Assembly (NCBI GenBank): GCA_048213135.1
Contig: PS015458.1
Span: 1-40,476, forward strand
Reading direction: 5' to 3'
DNA from: Reclinomonas americana ATCC 50394
Lineage: Eukaryota
DNA length: 40,476 bases
In this document: piece after piece, positions 22,649 through 34,086 of the stretch
Position numbering within the stretch: position 1 is the stretch's first letter
How the letters are laid out: each line of letters opens with the position of its first letter
Notes under the pieces: model-generated
What the model was told of the DNA's origin: nothing
The model's database searches: none
Seen by the model: only the letters and a program-made list of their open reading frames with translations
Made by a program: the position numbers and the translations under genes

Positions 22649-23682
22649 TTACCTCTTTGGTCGCCGAGCACGCACTCGGTTCGACAAGTGCCGTGCGCGA
22701 CGCAGGTTTGTCGCCAGCTCTCCCACAGACACCAACAAAGCCTCTGCATCGGCCGGAGACGCTTCTGTATCCTCGCTCGCCGGATCGTGCCCCACAACCG
22801 CACTCTCCACCTCGATCAGCATATCAGTCAGCCCCTGCAACACCTGCGTGCCATTGCGCGCACGTGACACCGTGTCCTCCATGTGTCGGATCTGGTCACT
22901 GGCCGCAGCGTACTGCACACCAGAAAAAAGACGCGCGCGTTGGAAGAGGCAGACAAAGAGAGAGGAGAAGATCGAGTTGTCCAACCTGCTTCTTCAACAC
23001 AGCCAATCGCTCTCGCAACTCGCGCTTCTCCCGCTCGGCTTGCGCCACTGCTCGCGACACCATGCGGTAGTCCATCAACGCAGTGCGCTGCGCAGTGTGT
23101 CAGCAGCACGCATGCAAGGAAAGGAGAAAGAGGAGGAAAGGGCAGACCATGTCTTCAGTCATTGCTGCGAACTGGTGCACCAGATGTCGCAACTCGGGGA
23201 ACTCCTGCAGTCTGATGTGACAGTGAGCAGAGGAGGGGAAGAGGCACGGGGAGAGAAGAGGAGGAGGAGGAGGAGGAGGAGGAGGACGAGGAGGACGAGA
23301 AGGAGGAGGAGGAGGAGGAGAAGAAGAAGAAGAGGAGAAGAGAAGAAGAAGAAGAAGAAGAATAGGAAGGAGGCGGAGGAGGAGAAGAAGGAGAACAAGA
23401 ACAACAAGAAGGATGAGGAGGAGGAGGAGGAGGNNNNNNNNNNNNNNNNNNNNAGAAGAAGAAGAGGCACAGAGAGAGCATGAGACACAGAGAGGAAGAG
23501 GCACAGAGAGAGCAGACTCACTCAGGTTGCACAGCCTCCTTGAACACCATCAACATCACATCGGCCTCAGTCAGCTCCTCCACCGCTCGCTCAGTGTGCC
23601 TGCGCTTGCGACTACTGCTTCCTTGCTCGTCATCATCTTCCCTCTCGCCAGCAGCAGCACCACTTCGCCTGCGCTTTCCCAT
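22649..23682 (-). CDS. Coiled-coil nuclear protein, possibly CENP-U/Ame1-like
   Basis: Four exons. MGKRRR (NLS-like)...ELTEADVMLMVFKEAV...FAAMTEDMRTALMDYRMVSRAVAQAEREKRELRERLAVLKKQY...LTDMLIEVESAV...RPKR*. The gene is supported by phase-consistent splicing; the family call is pattern recognition only. Confidence 0.65.
23256..23467. repeat. Intronic (GAG)n/(GAA)n tract with N gap
   Basis: Inside intron 1 of the coiled-coil gene. Confidence 0.9.
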
Positions 23683-23739
23683 GCAACACGAAAACAAAAA
23701 CACAGGACGCGAGGACGCACGCGGACAAGTCTTTTCGTG

Positions 23740-24412
23740 ATGGAAGTTGGGCGCGGACTGTGTGCCGCCCTCGCCTTGTGCGACATCAACCTGTGCGTGC
23801 TCGCCGAGCAGCGCGCCAAAGTCGAGGCCGCAATGATGAGCAACCGAGCGTCCAAGGTGAGTGAGACACACGCGACGTTCTCTTTCTCAATGTGTCTCAC
23901 CTCTCTGCACAGAGGGCGGTTGACTCGTTCATTGCTGAGAGCTCTGCGATGCTGAGTGAGCTCAACTTGCCTGGAGTCGGCTTGTCGTACTTTATCGATG
24001 TCAGAGGCGAGGTGAAGAAGAGAGAGAGATAGAGAGACTCAGAGAGAGAGAGAGAGAGAGACTCAGAGAAGAGAAGAGAGAGAGAGTGACTCAGTGAGTG
24101 ATCATCATCTTCTTCTCCTCTTATGTTGTTTTGTTGTTGTTCTCAGAGACCACCGGCGACTGCGGAGGCACAGCGCACTGCTGTGATTCGTGAGAGTATG
24201 CCATTGGAGTACTCGACTCGAAAGTGTTGCGTCTTCTCTCACTCTCTTGCCTTCTCTCACACTCTCTTGCCTTCTCTCCTTCAGTCTCGACCTGCCTCCC
24301 TCACCCATTCAGTCCTTCTCCTTCCCTGTCTTTCTCCCCTTGGTTGCCTGTCTCCCTGTCGCACTCACTCTCAGACTGCATGCTTGCCTTCCAGTCTGTC
24401 TGTCTTCTGTCG

Positions 24413-24454
<42 letters not shown>

Positions 24455-27400
24455 GCCCTGTTCGTGCCCTTCCTCCCTCTCACTCTGTCTCCTTCATCGA
24501 TCGATACCTCTCCTTCCTCCCTTCCCTCCTTGTCTCCCCTCTCCCCCTGTCAATCAGTCTGCATGCTGCCCTGCCAGTCTATATGTTGTCTCCTTCCTCT
24601 CTTCTCTCCTTGTCTCCCTCTCCCTCTCCCTCTCTTCATTCCTCCCTCGCCCTCCCTCTCTTCATTCTTCCCTTGCCCTCCCTCCTCCCTCACCCTCCTC
24701 CCTCACCCTCCTCCCTCACCCCCCTGCCTCACCCCCCTCCCTTCCCCTTCTCCCTTTTTGCAGGGTCTTCCGAGGACGACGCACTGCTGACCTACACAGT
24801 GCGAAATCTCATCCTGGAGGACCTCACCGCGCATCTCATGGAACAGTTGTGTAATAATAGTGGTAGAAGGTGTGGGGCGAGCTTCTCACTGTGAGAGCGC
24901 AGGTACAGCAACATGTCTGGCGGCGACATTGCGGAGCTAAATGACAAGCTGCAGGCGCTGTCGGAGGAGTCGCTGGAGGAGCTAGAGAAGAAGGCGCTAA
25001 AGCCGATTGACTGGAAGGCGGTGGCGGCGTCCAGTGTTGCGTTTAATCTTCCCTCGTTGTCTATATGGTGGATGCTGATGGTGTATGTCGTGCCGTAGTT
25101 TGCGTCGCGTGAGCCGCGTGAATTGCAGTGGCACTGGTACCACCATCTGAGTGCGCTGGTCAATCGCGGCTCGTGGACCAAGGAGGAGGAGAAGGAGCTG
25201 CGCCGGCTGGCCGCCGTGCACGGTGGACATCAGTGGGATCTCGTCAGCAGCGAGCTGGGAGTTTCGTGTGCACATTGTGTGTGTGTGGCGGGGATAAGAG
25301 TAGTTAACTCTGTGTTTGTGTTGGCCGAGCAGACGAATCGCACCCCTTTTCAGTGCCTGGTGCGGTATCAGCGGTCGCTGAACAAGACATTAACCAAACG
25401 GTCTGGTTGCCGTGAGTGTTGCGCCTGCGCGCGTGTAATGGAGTTGAGTGCTGACCCGCGGTGAGCAGTGCCTGGAGTTCCGAGGACGACGAGAAGCTGC
25501 GCGAGGGTGTGCGCATGTATGGCGAGGGGAACTGGCAGCAGAGTTTCGTGGGTCGCAGTGGAAAGAGCCCCGCTTCGCGTATTTACTATAGGTGTGTGCG
25601 ATGCAGTTGCCAGCATTGTGCAGGGTCGCACCGGTCAGCAATGTCTCCATCGGTGGCACAAGACGCTGCGGCCGAGCATTTGTCGCGCACCGTGGATGCC
25701 CGACGACGACCGAGTTGCGTGCTCTCGACTTGTTTGTGGATCACTTTTCTCTGAGTCTCACCCACCGCCGTGCACAGCGTCTCTTGCTGGCTGTGCAGGC
25801 GTATGGGAAGGGCCAGTGGACGCATGTCGCTCGCCACGTTCCCAGTACGTGCACACCAAGTACACGGCAACACATCAACAGACACAGCACAGTAGATTGC
25901 ACACGCATTCTCTCTCTCTCACTCTCACATTGTTTCGGTGTGCCCTTTTTTACACTTGCTGACACGATCTCGGGATTGGCAGATCGCACCGATGTGCAGT
26001 GCCGCGAGCGATGGGAAAACATTCTCAACCCGTCGGTGGCCATGCACGAGTGGACCGAGGACGAGGACAAACTGCTGCTGGAGGTGGTGGAGAAGTATGG
26101 GGCCGGCAAGTGGAGCTTGATTTGTCGCGAGATCCCCAATCGCACCGACAATCAGTGTTGGAGAAGGTGCGTTTGTTTGAAGCGCATGAATAATAAGGAG
26201 CCGGAAATTGACACATTCAACGATGTGCAGATGGAGGGCGCTCACTGAACGTGAAGATGTAATTGAGCATCGCCGCAAGGCACGCAAGATGAAAACCGCG
26301 CTGCCTGTGGGCAGCAGTCGACCGTCGGACAAGCCTGCGCTGTCGGTGGAGGAGCTCGTCGATCTGGAGGAAGAGGAGGAAGAAGAGGATGAGAATGAGG
26401 GCGAGAAGACTGCGACACCGGTGGGGCGCGACTGTGTTGTTGAGCTGTGCACCCTTCCCGTTCACTGACTCCACCCCCCTCGACGACAGGGAAGTGCGCG
26501 TGGCTCCAAGGGCCGCAAGCGTGCCGCCGACGGTGAAGGCGACTCGGCGGAACAGTCGGTCAGGAAACGGGCGCGCACGAAAAAGGCGAGCAAGGAGACG
26601 GGCTCGGCAGCTGCGGCCGCTGCGGCGCTTCTCGGATCGCCCTTGTCGTCGTCGGAGGCGACGGGCGAGGTAGTGCCCAAGCGGCGCGGTCCAGGCAGGC
26701 CACGCAAGGACAGGAGTATCGGCGGTAAGTTTGCCTCAATATGGTTGCAGTGATGTATTGGTGACTCAATCTTCTCGTGTTCGCAGACGCGGCGAATGTG
26801 CCTGCGCCGATGAGGTGTGCTTTTTTCGTGCAAGTGTGTGCCTTGCTTTATATTTCTTCTCACTCTCTCCGCCGCACACAGTGCTGAAGAACGGCTGTTT
26901 GTGGCCATCGAGTCGCGGATATACGACGAGACCGGACAACTCGTGCAAGTGGTGCCCGCCGCACCGCTGCCAGAGGGAGATGGCGGTGCTGCGGGTGCCG
27001 TGGCGGCTGGCTCCGCAGCGGCGCCGATTGTGGTGGAGGAGCACGACGTGGAGATGCAGGAAGAAGACGATGACGATGCGGACAGTGATGAGGGTGCGGA
27101 AATGGAGGAGGTGGAAGAGGAAGGTGAGTGGGGGGAGGGAAGGGGAAGGAATAGGAAGGGCAAGGGATTGGTGATAAGAGAGAGGGGGGAGAAAAGGAAA
27201 ATATGTGCGCGGTGGCACAAAGAAGGGCAAGGTGTGTCTGAGAGACGGAGATGGGCAGGAGGACAAGAAAGGGAGAGAGATAGTGGAATGCAAAAGGAGA
27301 ACATTTGCTTAACATGGGGAGTGGACAGAGGAGGGGAAGAACTTCTGGGGAGTGTCAGCGACAAATACATGGGTGATGTGGACACGGGAAGTATGTTTGA

Positions 27401-28156
27401 GTTAAGGAGAGGATATGCGTAATGGATGTGGATGGGGAATGGGAATGTGCAGGGGACTGAGATGGGGAGTGGACAGAGGAGGGGAAGAAGGTAAAGGAGA
27501 GCAAAAATGACAGCGAGCATGTGTAGGGGAATGTGAAGGTGAAAGAGGAAGGCGGGTGAAGGAAAGGGAAGGGAAAGGGGGAGTGCGGAGGAGATGACGC
27601 AATGGTGTAAGAGAGGGTGCTGATGAGCAAGAGGAAGATGGAAGCCGATAGAATAATGGGTGTGTGCAGTTGAGTGACAAGCAAAGGTGGGGAGCAAGGA
27701 GAATGTGGAATGAGAGGTATGCTTGAGTTACCGAGAGTAAAGGTGACGGCCAACGCATAGAATGTGTTGAAACGGGAGTGGGCGAAGGAGAGGTAGATGA
27801 GGCGAACATGTTGCAAGGAGTAGGTGTGCGCAAGTGCCCAAAAGCAATGGTGACAGCCAGCAGAGAGGATGGGCGTTCTTGAATGCGAGAGAGAGAGGGA
27901 CAGAGCGATATGATGATAACTTTGTTGAGTGGGAGTACACTCTACTAGAATCATCCTGCTTGTCTCTTCTCCTCTGTCGTCGTTTTTCATTCCCAGAGTT
28001 CATCCTTCTTCTCTCTCGGAATCATCACCGTCAGAGCGCTATGCTCTCCTCACACTCAGGCTCACATCTCCGTGTCCCTGTCTCTCTCCCGCCATCGCAG
28101 ATTCGGCGGCCTTTATCGCGTGCCCTGCCCACATTCACATGTCCACCGACGACTGA
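23740..28156 (+). CDS. SNAPC4: snRNA-activating protein complex subunit 4 (SNAP190)-like Myb-repeat protein
   Basis: 15 introns. An N-terminal coiled coil is followed by SYFIDVRGERPPATAEA...RKWSSEDD (the SNAPC4-type YF.D...G..PP block). A half repeat (IDWKAVA...QWHW) precedes four Myb repeats: GSWTKEEE..WDLVSSELGTNRTPFQC, AWSSEDD..NWQQIA..GRTGQQCLHRW, PWMPDDD..WTHVA..NRTDVQCRERW, EWTEDED..WSLIC..NRTDNQCWRRW. The C-terminus is acidic with an AT-hook. The last exon is tentative. Confidence 0.85.
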
Positions 28157-28190
28157 ATGAAGGGGCACTCCTTGTTGGCTCTGTGTCCTT

Positions 28191-29375
28191 TCACGCCTCG
28201 CCGTCGCCAATCTCAATGTCCACCACCACTGGCCGGTTGGTGAGAACGCGCGAGTCCATGCCACCGCCGACGTTGGCGGCGTTGACGAACAGGGTGTTGT
28301 CGTGCACCGCAACCCCGTAACCGGCATGAATGTGACCGAATACGTGAAGCAGCGGCTGCAGGTGCTTCACTGTCTGTGTGTGTGGAGAGTTAAGCGTTGA
28401 GTGAAAGGGAAGAGAGCATGCAGTGTGCCAACCTGGAGAACTCTGCATGTGATGTGGTCAGTCACTCGATCAACGACGACGAGGCTGGCGCAGAGGTACA
28501 ACGCAACTCTGGGCACCCGCCTGCTCGCCCACCGTCGCAAATGCCCTGCGGTGGTGGGTGCGTGATGAGGATCTGTGCGGAAATGGCCTGGGTGAGGAAC
28601 AGTGCCGGGGAGTTGCAGCTGAGAGGGATGAGAACACACATCGACACTGCCGGGCGCCGCTCCTCGTGGCAGCTGGTAAGGGGTGCCCTCTGTGGCGCGT
28701 CGTTGTGAGCAGTGGCACAATGGCATGCAAGCACAACGTCTCCATACCTGGTTGAAACGGCAAGCCAATGATCCGCACACCGTCGCACTCGACCGCCTCG
28801 TGATCCGTGTGCAACACGGCGGTGGCATTCGACAGCACCTCCCTCAAGCCCTCATACCCGCCCAGATCGAGATCCACATAATTCCGCTCGTGATTCCCGC
28901 AGATCACCACCTTGTGCTGGTGTGGCAACGTGCCCAGCCACTCGTTGAAGGCCACAAAGTGCGCCTGGCGTGACATGAGCGTGAAATCGCCTGCATGAAC
29001 GATCGATCGGTTTTCGGAACAGCGATCGATCGCAAACGAGCGAGACAACTGACCGGCGTGAACGAGGATATCGCCAGTCGGCACAGCGGCACCCAGCACC
29101 GACTCGAACTTGCCTTGCTGCGCGTGCGTGTCTGCACAGTTGTCTTTTGTGCAAAAATAGCATCGATCGCAAAAAAAGATCGCGATCAATCGATCGCAGC
29201 CCTCACCTGACACGCACACCACACGATGCCGACGTCGACGGTGATCGTGATCACCAGCATCATCCACCAGCGCGACACTGGCCTCTGCATTCACAGCGCA
29301 CGCATTGACAGTGCGCTGTCCGTAATCCGTAACTCGTGCGACGGATCCACGTTGCGCCACTTGAAGTGGTGGCAT
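28191..29375 (-). CDS. Calcineurin-like metallophosphoesterase (MPPED1/2, 239FB-like)
   Basis: Six introns. Motifs VVCVSDTH, DILVHAGDFT, FNEWLGTLPHQHKVVICGNHE, VDILITHPPP, GCPEVLQTV, LHVFGHIHAGYG and TLFVNAA. Stop TGA at 28191. Start could extend into the adjacent gap. Confidence 0.93.
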
Positions 29376-30107
29376 AGGCGGCGACGAGGAGGAGGAAGGC
29401 GCACTNNNNNNNNNNNNNNNNNNNNNNNNNNNNNNNNNNNNNNNNNNNNNNNNNNNNNNNNNNNNNNNNNNNNNNNNNNNNNNNNNNNNNNNNNNNNNNN
29501 NNNNNNNNNNNNNNNNNNNCAGTCGTGCGTGCTCTATCTTTAGTGCATTCTGTGTCGTTGTCTCTCTCTCTCTCTCGCTGCTTGTGTTTGCATCCATCTG
29601 CACGCTTCCCATCCTCTCCGTTCGCTCGTTCTTGCATTCCTTGTCTCTCCTCTCGGACACATACATACTCTCTCTTTTCTCTCTCCTCTCTCGCTTCCAA
29701 TGTGTTTCTAGCGTGTTTGGGTGTCCTTTCTCTCTCATCTCCTGAGTTCCTCTCTCCCTCGGTGTGTGCGTTCGCCTGTGCGTTTCTCCTTTCTCTTGCC
29801 CTCTCACTCGCACCCAACTTCCCTGCGCTTTCTCTGCTTGTAAGTGCATCGGGCTCGCTCTCTTTCTCTCTCCTCTGCTCGTTTGTGTCCATCTCTCTCG
29901 TTCCCTGTGTTTCTCCCTCTCCAATATACAGTTCTCCGTCTCTCTCTCTCAGCGTCTGTGTTTGTCTCTTTCTTTCTCGTTCGCATAATTCGATCTCGCC
30001 GACTCTCTTTCGCTCTTTCTTACTCCCCTTCTTTTCTCTCTCCTTCTTGCCTTTTCTCTTCTCTCTGCGTGTGTGAGTACCGCTGCTAATCGTGTTCCTT
30101 GTTGCAG

Positions 30108-33065
30108 CCTTTGACGCCCGCGCCAATCGCATCGTGGTGGCCTTCAAGGGCACCGACGGCATTCCCGACTACATTGCCGACATTGATGTGCTGAAGACGC
30201 AGCTGTGGGACACGGGTGCGTGGATGGAGGCTGGGATTTTGAGGCGTGGGAAGTGTGTGTTTATCTGATGCGCTGTGTATTGTAGGCGTCAAGGTGCACG
30301 AGGGCTTCCTGCGCTCGTATGAGGTGTGTGAGAGGGAGGGAGGGAACGAGGGAAAGGGAGAAGGGGGAGAGAGAGAGGAGGGAGGGAAGGAGGGAAAGGG
30401 AGGAAGGGGGGAAGGGACAGAGAGAGAGAGAGAGATAAGTACAATCTATTTGCGAGAGAGAATGTGTCGTGTATGCGTGCGACTTTATTTTGTGCAACGT
30501 GAGTGAAAGAAGGAAGGGAAGGAGTGAGGGAACAAGAGAGAAGAACAATCAGTTTGCGAGAGAGAATGTGTCGTGTATGCGTGCGACTTTATTGTGTGCA
30601 ACGTGAGTGCCTGTGTGACAGGGATGGAGAATTCTCTGACTGCTGTGCAGCGTTCACGCGCGCACATGCACGCTCTTCTACACTGTGTCTTATGCGCTGC
30701 ATTTCTCTTTATCGCACGAATCACTATTGTGTTCCGTTTGTGCGAAGAGTGTGTTGCAGCAGGAGGGAGGGAGGGAGATCACTTGTGTGTGCCATGAACA
30801 GTGTTATGTAGGAAGGGCGGAAGAGACTAATGTGTTTCCTGTCTTGCACTTGTGTATGTCACAGAAACTGTGTCATGATGTCTTCTTCCTGTGTGTCCTG
30901 AATAGGGCTTTATTTTCAACATCGATAGCACACTTTTAAACAGTATTAGTTGTAGAAGGGAAGCACACGAGACTTGTTGGCGATCACTGGTAGATGCTCA
31001 TTGTTGTGTGTGGATTAGTGAAGTTTCTATTTTTTGTAAAGCGAAGGGAGATTCACTTGTGTGACGACAGTGTTTTTTTGTGATTGCCATTTCTTACATG
31101 TGCGTTCCCCATTCTACAGGCCTGCAAGGACCAGTGGTACGCCGATTTCGACCGCCACAACCAGAACCACCCGAACGCACAGATTGTCGTCCTCGGGTTG
31201 GTGGACCGCTGGAGTTGCTCTCCACTTCTCTCGACACTCACAACATGCTTTTCTCCACGGCAGACACTCGCTGGGCGGCGCACAGGCGACGCTGGCCGCT
31301 GTGGATCTGACCTACCACCACCAGATTGATGTTGCGTTTCATACGAGTGTGTTTGTGTGCTGCTACTGCTGTTGCCGACATCTCCGTGTGTGCAGCCGAG
31401 CCGCATGATGGTGTTCACCTTTGGCAGCCCGCGTGTTGGCGCCGACAACTCGTTCTACCCGTTCTACATCAGCGAGATCCCGCTCGGACGCTCGTGGCGC
31501 ATTGTGCAGTTGCGTTTTCCGTGAATATTTTTGTTGCTTCTGCATTGTTGCTCACATTCCCGTCTCCACTTTGCAGCAACCACGACATTGTGCCTGGTGA
31601 GTGTGTGGGAGTGGAGGGAGAGGGAGAGAATGTGTTTAGTGCACACTGATCAGTGTGAAAGTGACGTTGGGAGTGAGTCAGTTGTTGTCGGGAGTATGTA
31701 AGTGAGTTCTTGCACGTGTATCAGTGAATGTGAGTGAGGCAGTGTGTGTCGGCGAGTATGCAAGTGAGGAGTGCAGTGCGATTCAGTGAGTGTGCAAGTG
31801 TGGGGTGAGTCAAATTGTGCGAATCGTCAAGTGAGCGTGCACGTGAGGAAGTGCGTGTTAGTGAAATGTAGGAAGTGCGTGTTGGAGGTGCAGAATGCGC
31901 GCCTGCCTGCGTGTCCGAATGCTCTCTCTCTCTCTCTGCACCAGTGTGTGCGCGTGGAAGGGTGAGAGTGTCCAACTGAGTGCTTGCACGTGTGTCAGTG
32001 AGTGTGGGAATGTGTGTTGGCAAGTATGCAAGTGAGGGAGTGCAGTACGATTATGTGAATGACCAAGTGAGAGAGCGCACGCGTATCAGTGCGAAATGCG
32101 CGCCTGCCTGCGTGGCTGTAATCTCTCTCTCTTGAAAAATGAGAGTCTCCGAATGAGTGCTTGCACGTGTGTCTGTGAGTGGGAGTGAGTATGTGTGTGT
32201 GAAAAGTATTACGGGAATGAGGAGGCGCACAATGTTCGCTTGTCAGCGTGTCTGTTTGTTGCTCGCTGCACGACTGTGTACGCGTGGAAGCGTGAGAGAG
32301 TGCCAGAGAGTGTCAGCGAGTGAGAGAGAGAGAGATTGACTGCACCCTGCATTGGGAAAATGTGACTGAGTGCTTGTTATTGTGCCCGATGATGCTGGTG
32401 CGCGTGCTGACTGTTTTCATTCCACTTCTCCCCCTCGCAGATGTGAGTTGGTCGCTGACAATACCGAGCAAAATAATTGTTCTTTCATACTAACAATTGC
32501 CATTGCAGCTGCCACCGAGCTACTTTAGCTTCGAGCACGTGCCGATCGAGGTGTGGTACAACGAGGTGAGTGGCATACATCAGTGCGGGCACAGGAAGCT
32601 CGCTCGTCGCTCATTTGCATTCTCAGGACAACACCGAGTACAAGGTGTGCGAGCCGACCAAGGACTGCGGACCTCGTTGCGTCTTATTCCCCCACGCACT
32701 TGCACTCTTGACACACTTGCTGACATTGCATGTGCAGAGATCAACTTGTCGTCGGCCGGTACGCTCGCCTCACTTGTTCTTTTCGTCTGCTCACTCTCAC
32801 TCTACGCTTGTATCTTGTCTGTGCAAAAAATATTACCCAACAGACCACCACTTCTACGTTGCGCACACGCCTCTCCTCACCGTTCGTGAAACACACACAC
32901 ACACACACGGCTCCCTCACTTCTTGTGTGCATTTGTTGATGCGTGCAGGTCGGTGTGCCGCTCGACTGTGGCCTCAAGCGCGTGCAGATCGACGACGGTG
33001 CCTACGTGCGCGCTCTGTCGCGCAACAAGTGGCGGTACAACTTGGCCGCCAACGCCGAGGAGTAG
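30108..33065 (+). CDS. Class 3 lipase (Lipase_3); 5' exon(s) missing, probably in gap 29406-29519
   Basis: Spliced motifs IVVAFKGT, VKVHEGFLRSY, VLGHSLGGAQATLAA, FTFGSPRVG, WRIVHNHDIVPDLPP, FEHVPIEVWY and ADHHFYVG give a complete Ser-Asp-His triad. Stop TAG at 33063-33065. Confidence 0.94.
30448..30609. repeat. Intronic ~57-bp direct duplication
   Basis: TTTGCGAGAGAGAATGTGTCGTGTATGCGTGCGACTTTATT(T/G)TGTGCAACGTGAGTG at ~30448 and ~30553. Confidence 0.9.
30898..31005 (+). repeat. Dispersed ~100-bp repeat, copy 1 (lipase intron)
   Basis: Aligns to 36516-36618; shared core GTTGTAGAAGG(G/A)AAGCACACGAGACTTGTTGGCGATCACT..AGATGCTCATTGTT. Confidence 0.9.
31700..32190. repeat. Degenerate tandem duplications in a long lipase intron
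   Basis: GAGT(G/T)CTTGCACGTGT recurs at ~31704, ~31978 and ~32155. AGTATGCAAGTGAGG and AATGCGCGCCTGCCTGCGTG each occur twice. Confidence 0.75.
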
Positions 33066-33389
33066 TCGTGGAAGGAGTTGTTTTGTTTGCGCTGTTTTGC
33101 ACACCTGAAATGAATCAGTCTGATGGAGGAGAGCGGATGGGAGGAGGAAGACGTGCTTCAGTGTGCTTTCACCGGTGAGTGTTGGTGTTGATAATGCTGT
33201 GTCTTCATCGCTGTCAGTTTGTTGCATATGCACGACACTGTTGGCATGTTTCTCCCAGCTCTGGCGTGACACCCCTGTCACACCATATCCATCGAAGATG
33301 CACAGACTTCACGACTCTCCATCGCAGACAAAGGAACGAAATTTGCAGTGCTCTAGTTTTTCCTCATTGTCTTCGTGAGCACTGGCAAG

Positions 33390-33536
33390 ATGCCGCCCAA
33401 GTTCGCCCCACCCCCGAAGCCGATCTTGACAACCTTCGGAAAAGTGGCCCAACCGCCGAATACTGGCGGCGGCAGGGGATGTTTCCCCACCAAGCCCACC
33501 CAGCCAAGCGTTGACATACTGCGAACATTCCGCTGA
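33390..33536 (+). CDS. Putative 48-aa Pro-rich microprotein (paralog A)
   Basis: MPPKFAPPPKPILTTFGKVAQPPNTGGGRGCFPTKPTQPSVDILRTFR*. Shares KFxPPxKPI and homologous upstream DNA with the ORF at 34087. Too short for the supplied ORF track. Confidence 0.5.
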   Translation: MPPKFAPPPKPILTTFGKVAQPPNTGGGRGCFPTKPTQPSVDILRTFR

Positions 33537-34086
33537 ATCGTTGAACCGCCACGTGCGAACGAGCCAGCGTCGGCTAACGAGAATACTTGCTTCGCAACGC
33601 CATCTCTCCACCACGCGTACGATTTCCCGTCCTTTGTTTTTTTTGAACATCTCAGTGTAGTCGTCAAAATCATGATCAACAGTCACGTGCACCATCAGTG
33701 TGTCTCGCGTTCACTTTTTGTGTACAACTGACCCGTGGTCGAGACTGTCCACACCACTGCCAGCTGCACCGCACAACTCCAGAAGGCTGCTTTCCTCCAT
33801 GCACATTATACTCCATGTACACAGAGACACTTTGCAGTCATCGATCGCGATCAGAACTACCAGTCGTGCATGCTGCGCATGCGCCATCATTGTGTTCGGC
33901 CAGCAGTGTATATGTGCGACTGGATCCAGCCACCAGCTTCCCCTCTCACCATGCGCGTCCCCGTATCCATCGGACACGCACAGATGATAGTTCGCGACTC
34001 CACGCCACACAAAACAGGAAAATTGCTGTTTTCCATATATTTGTTTTTTCTTTTGTTTGCCTTGTTGTGAGCCTTGACGAAAGAAT

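Noticed and set aside
6324-31509. Alternative reading of the shifted donors as non-canonical TT...AGN introns (cut one base later at both ends)
   Set aside because: It would change conserved residues (HIDTA to HIDAA, LGTNRT to LGANRT, WQQIA to WQQSA, VHNHD to VQNHD). GT-AG boundaries restore them.
33309-33695. 128-aa minus-strand ORF
   Set aside because: Non-ATG start, no recognisable motif, and antisense to the better-supported plus-strand small ORF.
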